Shown in pieces: positions 1 to 7,469 of a stretch of DNA of 64,000 bases. The notes beneath the pieces are model-generated. The model was not told the DNA's origin, searched no databases, and worked only from the letters and a program-made list of their open reading frames with translations. This DNA comes from a virus. The translations under genes were made by a program, and so were the position numbers. The stretch lies in IMG/VR virus record IMGVR_UViG_3300025131_000005. The stretch is one strand, 5' to 3'. Positions within the stretch are counted from its first letter, which is position 1, and each line of letters starts with the position of its first letter.

Positions 1-327
1 GAACACTATGATAATGAAATAGAAAAAATATATTTACGTGAGGACGCAATTATCCCAGGTGAAGAAATCTTTAATATTGGTGCGCCGACAGGATTGTTTT
101 CTTACAATATGGTTAATCGTTTTCGAGGGTTTTATGCAGGAAATATTGCTCTAGGAGATGCAAATAATTTAAAAAATGTTTTTAATTTTCCAGCAGTTGA
201 GGGAAGTTCCGGGTCTCCAATATTTGACGATGAGGGATTATTGATAGGTATTGTTTCAATGTTCTCAAAAGACTTTAACTATATAATCCTTTCACCAACC
301 ATACCAGAGCTGAGAAAAAGGCTATAG
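1..327 (+). CDS. Trypsin-like (S1) serine protease, 5'-truncated by window edge
   Basis: Frame 1 is open from base 1; catalytic-Ser motif EGSSGSPIFD followed by LIGIV. Confidence 0.8.
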   Translation, partial: EHYDNEIEKIYLREDAIIPGEEIFNIGAPTGLFSYNMVNRFRGFYAGNIALGDANNLKNVFNFPAVEGSSGSPIFDDEGLLIGIVSMFSKDFNYIILSPTIPELRKRL

Positions 328-787
328 ACTGAATTAGCCCTATAGGATCAAACTTATTTTTATCTTTGAGAGCTATAGCATCTTTTGCTGCTTTAAGAAA
401 ATTTGGAGTGATCGGATATTTTTCTTTTTGTACTTGATCGAGTGTTAATAATTTATATTCCGAATGCTCAAAACTTAATTTTATATTTTTTACCTTGTCG
501 GATGATAATTTAGAGTAATAATAAGTTATATCATCTTCATGACGAAATATTGTGGGATTTTTAATACTTAAACCTGTTTCTTCTTTGACTTCTCGCTTTA
601 AAGCAACAATAAGATCTTCACCATGGTGCACGTGTCCCCCTGGTAAATCTAGATTACCTTTAAATCTTTCGATATCGCTTATAAGAAATAATATTTTATC
701 GCCTACAAATAAAATAATTTTTGCAACGTATCTACTATCTTCACTTTTCTTAAGATATTTGCACCATTTCTTAATATTGTATTTCAT
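275..787 (-). CDS. Nudix hydrolase
   Basis: Nudix box PGGHVHHGEDLIVALKREVKEETG; N-terminus KKWCKYLKKSE resembles the shared leader. Confidence 0.85.
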   Translation of the reverse strand: MKYNIKKWCKYLKKSEDSRYVAKIILFVGDKILFLISDIERFKGNLDLPGGHVHHGEDLIVALKREVKEETGLSIKNPTIFRHEDDITYYYSKLSSDKVKNIKLSFEHSEYKLLTLDQVQKEKYPITPNFLKAAKDAIALKDKNKFDPIGLIQSIAFFSALVWLVKGLYS

Positions 788-790
788 ATT

Positions 791-1111
791 TCAAGTATTG
801 TCAGTTTTTGTTTTTATAACTGATTCTACAGGACTAGGTGGCGCGGCTTCTTCTGGTGCTGGAGCAAAATCAGAAACATCATCTAGAATATTTCCACATT
901 CTAAACATCTTAGAGTTTGTACCGGTGCCATCTGCTCTTGTCCATTAGGAGACATAAGAGCACTTACCCTTTTCACCTTAAAAACATTTTCAAAATAGAC
1001 GCCTTGACATTTGCCGCAATGAGCATCGGGCGCGGTCATGATTTGTTGCCTCATTTGAGCTGCAGCGGCAGCTTGTGCTACCTGTGCGTTGTTATTTTCC
1101 ATTCCGTTCAT
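791..1111 (-). CDS. Small zinc-ribbon protein
   Basis: CGKC...CLEC pair; abuts neighbouring genes. Confidence 0.6.
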   Translation of the reverse strand: MNGMENNNAQVAQAAAAAQMRQQIMTAPDAHCGKCQGVYFENVFKVKRVSALMSPNGQEQMAPVQTLRCLECGNILDDVSDFAPAPEEAAPPSPVESVIKTKTDNT

Positions 1112-1694
1112 AATAATCCTTCTCCAATTTAGTTAATGTGCTAATTGTTTTAGCAACTGATGTATGTAATATCGCAATACCTCCACTTTTTTCCCAAGCT
1201 TCGGTATAAATCTCGAAATCATCAATCAAAATACAGGGTTTTCCGTTTTTATCGGTAGCCCATTTTTCTTTTTCCCCGTCCAGTGGTAATAGTATATCAT
1301 ACTTTTCAGGATTTGGAAACAAATATTTTTGAATCCAGTACTTTTTTCCTTCTATGCACTCTTCATCCATTGGATGTGAGAGGATTTTGGGGGTTGAAAT
1401 GAATGCTAAGTGTCTCCAAAGTCTAAAAGTCCCCGGAAGAGGCTTTAAGGAAGCCCAAAATTCGTAATCATTCGATAGCAAGTTCTTTACCCAATCAATT
1501 GCAGCTTGTATGCCTCTGTTTTTGACGGGCTCAGTCCAATCTAGACGCCTTTTGAATACTTTTTTAACATTTTTTAGCATTTTTGGGTCTTTTGCGCATG
1601 GGTATATACCATTTTCAAATAAATCTACCAGTACGCCATCCATATCACAGTAAATTTCATATGGAAAGTCATTTTTTTTGGATTTTGCAATCAT
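1092..1694 (-). CDS. HAD-family 5'(3')-deoxyribonucleotidase-like protein
   Basis: HAD motif I YCDMDGVL and motif IV ILIDD; ATG at 1694 preferred to TTG at 1703 because the promoter -10 lies at 1704-1709. Confidence 0.8.
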   Translation of the reverse strand: MIAKSKKNDFPYEIYCDMDGVLVDLFENGIYPCAKDPKMLKNVKKVFKRRLDWTEPVKNRGIQAAIDWVKNLLSNDYEFWASLKPLPGTFRLWRHLAFISTPKILSHPMDEECIEGKKYWIQKYLFPNPEKYDILLPLDGEKEKWATDKNGKPCILIDDFEIYTEAWEKSGGIAILHTSVAKTISTLTKLEKDYYERNGK

Positions 1695-1703
1695 AATGAG
1701 CAA

Positions 1704-1732
1704 ATAATATCAACATTTGGCTCTTTTGTCAA
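1704..1732 (-). promoter_or_regulatory. Sigma70-type (early) promoter
   Basis: Minus strand reads TTGACA-17 nt-TATTAT, with A/T tracts upstream, directly before the nucleotidase gene. Confidence 0.75.
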
Positions 1733-1782
1733 GAAAAAAGGTGTTTTTTGCTAAAAAAAGGCTATTTTTAGTGTTTTTTAGC

Positions 1783-2340
1783 CTATTTTCGAACATTTAT
1801 GCGATCGGAGACCATTAAAATTTCGGGGTATTTATCTCCCAAAAGTGCCACAATATCGACATTTTGTTGAGAATCATCTAAAAATAACACATCATCAGCC
1901 CCTGATTTGATGCGATCTTCGATCCAATTGGCTTTTTCTTGTGGATTTGGGTCCTCTAGTCCCACAATTTTTATTTTTGAGGTATCAATACCAATACTTT
2001 TCAACCAGCCTCTGATTGCCGGTGCTGCTTTTTGTGATCTAGCAGTCAAAATAACGATTTCTCGTTCTCCTTCTGCCTCAACAGCGCCTCGTAAGCGCTT
2101 TACAACCGATTTTATCTGCACAGGGTTGATAACTTCATCAAATTGGCTAAAATCATATTCATTTTCATACGGTTTGTACTCATGATCGGCAAATTCTTCT
2201 GGAGTAAACTCTTCTGAGGTATTGTCCGGATAAACAACTACTACTTTCGAATCAGAGACAGCTAATGTATCATCAAAATCAAAAACACGAAGCTTTGATT
2301 CATTTATATACTCTCGCCAATTTTCAAATAGAAGTTTCAT
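1783..2340 (-). CDS. HAD-superfamily phosphatase with MKLLFENWREYINE leader
   Basis: RVFDFDDTL (DxDxT), ILTAR, K, FLDD motifs. Confidence 0.75.
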   Translation of the reverse strand: MKLLFENWREYINESKLRVFDFDDTLAVSDSKVVVVYPDNTSEEFTPEEFADHEYKPYENEYDFSQFDEVINPVQIKSVVKRLRGAVEAEGEREIVILTARSQKAAPAIRGWLKSIGIDTSKIKIVGLEDPNPQEKANWIEDRIKSGADDVLFLDDSQQNVDIVALLGDKYPEILMVSDRINVRK

Positions 2341-2345
2341 TCCTC
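2308..2345 (-). repeat. Leader repeat A, copy 1
   Basis: 37/38 nt identical to 2882-2919; spans GAGGA-ATG and the codons for MKLLFENWREY. Confidence 0.95.
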
Positions 2346-2543
2346 ATCTTCCGTAGTTTTAAACGTCTTACATTCACAAATAGTTCTACCATCATCAGTT
2401 CTTGCGTAGTCTAAATCGATATTTTCAGCGTAACAGAACTTGTTTTTGTTAAAAATGCAATCTACGCACAAACAAGAGCAAGTCACTTGCGGTAATTCTT
2501 CTTCAGAAATTAAATCTCGCCATTTTTCAAGTAATAGTTTCAT
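2337..2543 (-). CDS. Small Cys-rich protein (DUF1540-like) with MKLLLEKWR leader
   Basis: CSCLCVDCIFNKNKFCYAENI pattern; ATGA overlap with the next gene. Confidence 0.6.
   Translation of the reverse strand: MKLLLEKWRDLISEEELPQVTCSCLCVDCIFNKNKFCYAENIDLDYARTDDGRTICECKTFKTTEDEE
2517..2543 (-). repeat. Leader repeat B, copy 1
   Basis: 27/27 nt identical to 3151-3177 (ATGAAACTATTACTTGAAAAATGGCGA). Confidence 0.95.
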
Positions 2544-2545
2544 CT

Positions 2546-2914
2546 TTAAGCCTCCAAAGGTGTTAAATATACTGGGAATTCTTTTATTCCTAGCTTTTTA
2601 GCTGCTTCTAATCGATGGTGACCATTTAGAACAAAATAAACTGGTTCTGATATACCTGATTTCGCCGCTTTTGGCTGATCATCGATTCTGTGTGGGTTAA
2701 CTGGCGCTTGATTACAAACTTCTAGAGGCTCTAGAATTCCTTGTTGTATTTGTTGCATTTTATCTTGAACAATGTTTTCGCACTCTTGACTTGGACAATC
2801 ATGATCTTTTCCATGGCCCATTTCCTCAGAAGGAACTAATAAATTAACGTCGACATAAAAAACTTTCTTATTTTCTTTCACATACTCTCGCCAATTTTCA
2901 AATAGGAGTTTCAT
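2546..2914 (-). CDS. ParB/sulfiredoxin-like domain protein with MKLLFENWREY leader
   Basis: VLNGHHRLEAAKKLG is the ParB/Srx GHxR motif. Confidence 0.75.
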   Translation of the reverse strand: MKLLFENWREYVKENKKVFYVDVNLLVPSEEMGHGKDHDCPSQECENIVQDKMQQIQQGILEPLEVCNQAPVNPHRIDDQPKAAKSGISEPVYFVLNGHHRLEAAKKLGIKEFPVYLTPLEA

Positions 2915-2919
2915 TCCTC
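2882..2919 (-). repeat. Leader repeat A, copy 2
   Basis: 37/38 nt identical to 2308-2345. Confidence 0.95.
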
Positions 2920-3177
2920 TTCCGCCGAAGGGAATAATACATTCAACATTTCATCGATTTCGTTAAATGCTTCAAATTGTTCTGGGGGCCAATCGTCGGC
3001 GGATCCATATACTTCTTTCATACGTTCACTAATGAATTTTTCGATATCGTTTGCTATTACCCCATTTTTTATTAAAAACATTCTATGGGATTTCTTTTCC
3101 TCCGCGCTTTTCCACGGACCTCGAACAACATCCCCTTCTTTTAGGCGTTTTCGCCATTTTTCAAGTAATAGTTTCAT
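2911..3177 (-). CDS. Hypothetical protein with MKLLLEKWR leader
   Basis: Start placed at the leader ATG (3177) rather than the ORF-track 3204; ends EEE* overlapping the next ATG. Confidence 0.65.
   Translation of the reverse strand: MKLLLEKWRKRLKEGDVVRGPWKSAEEKKSHRMFLIKNGVIANDIEKFISERMKEVYGSADDWPPEQFEAFNEIDEMLNVLFPSAEEE
3151..3177 (-). repeat. Leader repeat B, copy 2
   Basis: 27/27 nt identical to 2517-2543. Confidence 0.95.
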
Positions 3178-3187
3178 TTTATATTTC

Positions 3188-4246
3188 CTATCGAGGTAAG
3201 CCACCTAATAATGTAATTGCGATTAAGCCTGGTGCCCCCGGCTTTACATAAACACCAGAAAATAACGTTTCTGTGCGCCCACCAACATAAGAAATAGCAG
3301 CATCTAAATGTTGGCTGATGGCTGGATCGTTTGCCATTTCCGGAGGCATCACCAAGAGCATTGCTCCAATTTTTGATTTACCAACAGTTGTGGGACATGG
3401 AGATCTTTTTACACAATTTTGAAGTATTTTTGCTCCAAGATCTGGAATATTGGGATCTTTAATCAGTGTCGTGCCAATAAGCATTCTCTTTTCTGCCTCC
3501 AGGCATCTTTCTAGATCTTTTGAGTCAAATGACTGAATTGAGGACTTTTCTGAAGCCAATTTAAGAGTTTGGCTGAACAACTTTGCAAAAGCAGTATTTG
3601 CTGTTGGAAGCATATTAACCAATCCTACTTTACCTCGAAGAAACTTGATTTGTCTCTCATTATCTAAGATAATATGGGGAGAATCCATAACATCATTTGC
3701 CAATACCATAGCATTTTTTGCTATAGTGCCGTTTAATAGCTCCTGAGCGTTCGGGAAGGTCATAATGTAGAATACCTTGCCTTCTGCCCCAACTGCTCTT
3801 AAATAGCGCTTAAACACGTCGTCTAGGGCAAAACATGCACTACCCGTGCCTCCACCCCCGCCTGCGAGGACAAAAAGCCAATCAACCTTACCAAGTTTTG
3901 TTCTGAGGGCATCTTCGACAACAGCGCTGTTCTGGCTGAAGGCACTTTTCCCAACTTCAACGTTTTTGGCAACTCCGTCAGCGTCTGGAATAAGAACCAT
4001 GTTTTTAGGATCAACATTTTCCGGTTGATCTTTGGGAGTTGTATTGATCAGAAGAGTTTTGTTAAAGCCGAGATCCAAAAATGCTTTGGCCAATTTGCCG
4101 CCTCCTCCACCAACACCAATAAAAGCGCAATTTAGGGCGCACTCCACAGTATTGTCTTCTAACATATCTTCATTTTTGATTTCTTCAGAATCATCGTAAT
4201 GATCTACAAAATCAAAATCATCAAATTCATTTTCATCGTTATTCAT
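3188..4246 (-). CDS. Tubulin/FtsZ-superfamily GTPase (phage tubulin, PhuZ/TubZ-like role possible)
   Basis: T1 loop FIGVGGGGGK, INT, signature-like AGGGGGTGS, TFP..E, LDNE, T7-like SFDSKD; acidic N-terminal extension; no FtsZ-type C-terminal linker. Confidence 0.9.
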   Translation of the reverse strand: MNNDENEFDDFDFVDHYDDSEEIKNEDMLEDNTVECALNCAFIGVGGGGGKLAKAFLDLGFNKTLLINTTPKDQPENVDPKNMVLIPDADGVAKNVEVGKSAFSQNSAVVEDALRTKLGKVDWLFVLAGGGGGTGSACFALDDVFKRYLRAVGAEGKVFYIMTFPNAQELLNGTIAKNAMVLANDVMDSPHIILDNERQIKFLRGKVGLVNMLPTANTAFAKLFSQTLKLASEKSSIQSFDSKDLERCLEAEKRMLIGTTLIKDPNIPDLGAKILQNCVKRSPCPTTVGKSKIGAMLLVMPPEMANDPAISQHLDAAISYVGGRTETLFSGVYVKPGAPGLIAITLLGGLPR

Positions 4247-4526
4247 CTTTATCTCCTTTTGTTGATGTATATTTTTTAAGAGGGTCGCGGGCGGTGTTTC
4301 TTACAAGCGCATCAAAATCCTTCTTTAGTTGTTCAAGATCCGGATTATACGTTTGTTTATAAACTTTTTTACGCGGATTCTTTGCTCGTTTAGTCTGCAA
4401 GACTAGTTTTTTCATTGTCGATTTATTGGGATACTCTTTTTCTTCAGCTGCTTCCTGCATGATAGCATAGGTATTCTTAATTTCTTCTTCAATAATCTCT
4501 TTCAATTTTTGTTTTGTAATCTTCAT
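4239..4526 (-). CDS. Hypothetical protein with MKITKQKLKEIIEEE leader
   Basis: ATG at 4526 overlaps the upstream stop (ATGA). Confidence 0.6.
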   Translation of the reverse strand: MKITKQKLKEIIEEEIKNTYAIMQEAAEEKEYPNKSTMKKLVLQTKRAKNPRKKVYKQTYNPDLEQLKKDFDALVRNTARDPLKKYTSTKGDKDE

Positions 4527-6772
4527 TTGAACATATTTCCCCATTTCGTAAATAATTTTAGATTTTCTTTAGATTCTGACATCAAATCGGATAATTCTTC
4601 TACATCTTTCATATCTTTTCTTATTTGAGGAACAATCACTTTTTGTATTTTGTTATTAACTAGACCTTCGAGAAGCTCGCGAGTATACTCTAAAAACTTT
4701 GGTTTGTCGAGGATTTTTATAAATCTTTCAATAGCATTTACTTCTTCTTCAGTATTTTCCCTTACTTGAATATCTAGAGCGTAGCCAAAAGTTAAATGAT
4801 CGGATATCTTATGGGGAAACGCCGGTCCGCCGCCTTTGGGCATCGATCCACCTTTATCTGTTGTTAGCCACAAAGTTACATTGTTTACAGGTACTTGGAC
4901 GCCTTCTTCTTCTGAAAGGGGGAGTTCCATTTGTTTAGTGGCTGCTTGATATACTTTTTCAAATACTCCTTGGAGGTGTTTAAGGAATTCATTTTTTATT
5001 TCAAGGTTTATATGTTTGCCGATCTGTATCATTATCTTATTATAAAATGCTTTTTCTTCGTCAGTGGGGGCGCTTTTTGATGCATCGATGATTTCTGGTG
5101 GGAGCAAGATCTGAATGGGTAGTTGCGTGCTTAACTCAACCTCTGTACCTTCTGGTGTAACCTCAAAATGATCTAGCTCTAAGTCCTCAAAGCGTTTTGA
5201 CATATCTTTGATGGTTTGCCCCACTATCAAACCTGATTCTCTGAATGCTTCTAAAATTTCTTCGTATATTGCTTCGTATTTTTCTTCTAGTGTAACATTT
5301 TCCTCAACAAAGGAACGGAACTCATCCATTGTTGATCCACCGTAAGTGTAAGTGTCGGAAGGAGTAAAGTTAGCGGACACCTCAACTGAACCTCTCCAAT
5401 CGTTAACATCAAGTTCCTCTGGATAAAAATAGTTGTTGTCTAATGCTTTCTCAATGATATCTTTCATATCATCAGTATCTGGATCTTCTACCATATCGTC
5501 AACATCAGAAAAATCAAATGATGTTGAGGAGTTAAAATAATATTTACCCTCATCATATTCGTCGACATTGATGTGAACGCGTGACCATTCATATTCATCT
5601 ATAATATTTTGGAATTCTTCTAGGGTGGGACCGGCTGGATTTTCTTCAAAGTGACCTCCAGCGTATCCCGTTATTTCGCTCAACTCTTCCGATACTTTTT
5701 CATCAAACGTTTCGATAGCGATCTGTATTTGCTGTTCTGGGCTCAAATCTTCATCGGGCTCAGCCTCAATACCCAATGCTTCAAAGGCAACTTTTACATC
5801 TCTGGGAATTTCTAAGGTGTCTTGATTGTAGAACTCAGTACGCCATGTATCAAAATGAGTTTGAAGTTGCTCCTTTCCTGTTTTAAAGTAGCTAGTCTTT
5901 TTATCGCCTTTAAGTTTTTTGCCGACATCAGCAAGACTGGAATCCATAAATCCTTTCGCCAACAGGTTCTCTTTGATTGCTTCTTCTAAACCACCGTATC
6001 CAACTTCATCATCTGCAGCATCATATATTTCTTCTGGTTCATAATCACTTCCTGGACCGTATACCAAAGCCATTTTTTTATTATCGCTATCTTGCGGGAG
6101 ATGCTTGAAGAGGGCCATATAAAAAGCTTTTCCTTCGCCTGAGTACTGGTTAAAGTAATTTTGTGAGGTTGTAGACGAGATACACCACTTCGTGCCTCTG
6201 CCGTAATAACAAGAGCCTTCTGGGCTATAGGGGCGTACCATCATAACATCATCAGTATCCATTACTACTTCGCTGGTTTCTTTTGCGCCCTTTTCTAATT
6301 TGCGCATCGTTTCTCTTTCATTAAATTCTTTTTCTGCATTATATACTTGATGCTCGAAGTCGCCCAAATCTTTAAACTTATCAATATTTTTATCAATCAA
6401 GTTCATAGAAGCAAATTTGTGATACTTGGGTAAGGTGCTTGCTATTCTTCTCGTATAGTGTCTTATATTATCTTCTATATCGCGGACATCTACCTCTCTA
6501 TCATACTCTTTAGCCTCGCCCTCTGCATTTTTTATATACTGCATCACTCTGGAGTTGAGGCGACGAGCAGCCCATCCTAAATATTTTTGATTGCCCGAGG
6601 GATCAGCTTCTATGATAGTATCAAGAAGTTTTTCCAATTCTTTTGCAACCTGCTCGTATTTAACATTTTTTACAACGGCTTTTTTAGCGTCTTCTTTACG
6701 ACCTTCAATGAGAAGCACTTCCTCATCTTCGGATAAAAACTTGCGCCATCTTTCAAATAATAGCTTACTCAT
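4523..6772 (-). CDS. Large acidic hypothetical protein with MSKLLFERWRKFLSE leader
   Basis: 749-codon ORF from ATG 6772; DPSGNQKY and SCYYGRGTKWCIS motifs; function not recognised. Confidence 0.7.
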   Translation of the reverse strand: MSKLLFERWRKFLSEDEEVLLIEGRKEDAKKAVVKNVKYEQVAKELEKLLDTIIEADPSGNQKYLGWAARRLNSRVMQYIKNAEGEAKEYDREVDVRDIEDNIRHYTRRIASTLPKYHKFASMNLIDKNIDKFKDLGDFEHQVYNAEKEFNERETMRKLEKGAKETSEVVMDTDDVMMVRPYSPEGSCYYGRGTKWCISSTTSQNYFNQYSGEGKAFYMALFKHLPQDSDNKKMALVYGPGSDYEPEEIYDAADDEVGYGGLEEAIKENLLAKGFMDSSLADVGKKLKGDKKTSYFKTGKEQLQTHFDTWRTEFYNQDTLEIPRDVKVAFEALGIEAEPDEDLSPEQQIQIAIETFDEKVSEELSEITGYAGGHFEENPAGPTLEEFQNIIDEYEWSRVHINVDEYDEGKYYFNSSTSFDFSDVDDMVEDPDTDDMKDIIEKALDNNYFYPEELDVNDWRGSVEVSANFTPSDTYTYGGSTMDEFRSFVEENVTLEEKYEAIYEEILEAFRESGLIVGQTIKDMSKRFEDLELDHFEVTPEGTEVELSTQLPIQILLPPEIIDASKSAPTDEEKAFYNKIMIQIGKHINLEIKNEFLKHLQGVFEKVYQAATKQMELPLSEEEGVQVPVNNVTLWLTTDKGGSMPKGGGPAFPHKISDHLTFGYALDIQVRENTEEEVNAIERFIKILDKPKFLEYTRELLEGLVNNKIQKVIVPQIRKDMKDVEELSDLMSESKENLKLFTKWGNMFK

Positions 6773-6808
6773 ACAAAACTCCAATTGGAATGAAACGATT
6801 AATCATCA

Positions 6809-6816
6809 TAAATAGT
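6809..6816 (-). promoter_or_regulatory. Candidate late-promoter motif ACTATTTA
   Basis: Intergenic, about 37 nt before ATG 6772; the same octamer precedes the gp25-like gene at 59590. Confidence 0.45.
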
Positions 6817-6821
6817 AAGAT

Positions 6822-7469
6822 TTAAAGAGAAAATACCCTTATCATGCCTTTTGTTACATCAATCATTCTAGTGTGAGCCGGCGTCCATCCGTGATATTTA
6901 GGACCTTCGTGGTCTGGGTCTCCATGTCCTTGGCGAGTTTGTGCACGAATAGCTAAATGAACCAGTTCGTGGATAAATGCTGTCTCTGATATTTCTTCCT
7001 TTTCTCCCTTATAAACCCATATTGTTGTCGGACCCATAACACGACCAATAATATTGTGGTTTGTAAATTTCTTACCGTCGAGAAAGAAACCTCGCTTCGA
7101 AACTTTAACCTTTTCGCCCCATTCGATCATAACTTTACGGAGAAGTTCTTTTACAGAATAATCATAGTCACCAAAATTCTCCACCCAATTATAATAAAAT
7201 AATGTCATAGCAAGAGACACTCTATGATTAGGATATATATCACATCGGGTTACAATCTGTGTGGCATATTTAAAATAAGGTATCATTATCATTTGAGGAA
7301 AGGGCTTACTAGAATCACACTGTGATAAAATCTTTCGCACCTTTTCAAAGGTAGCATTAGTAGAGGGGGGCATATTAACTCCATGACCCGAACAAGTTAG
7401 AGTGATTAACGATAAAAACAACACTATCAACACCTTTCTCACCTTGTTTCTTCTCCCACCTATTTGCAA
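6822..7469 (-). CDS. Putative lipoprotein with zincin HExxH motif
   Basis: RKVLIVLFLSLITLTC signal/lipobox-like segment; FIHELVH followed by GHGDPDHE. Confidence 0.6.
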   Translation of the reverse strand: MQIGGRRNKVRKVLIVLFLSLITLTCSGHGVNMPPSTNATFEKVRKILSQCDSSKPFPQMIMIPYFKYATQIVTRCDIYPNHRVSLAMTLFYYNWVENFGDYDYSVKELLRKVMIEWGEKVKVSKRGFFLDGKKFTNHNIIGRVMGPTTIWVYKGEKEEISETAFIHELVHLAIRAQTRQGHGDPDHEGPKYHGWTPAHTRMIDVTKGMIRVFSL

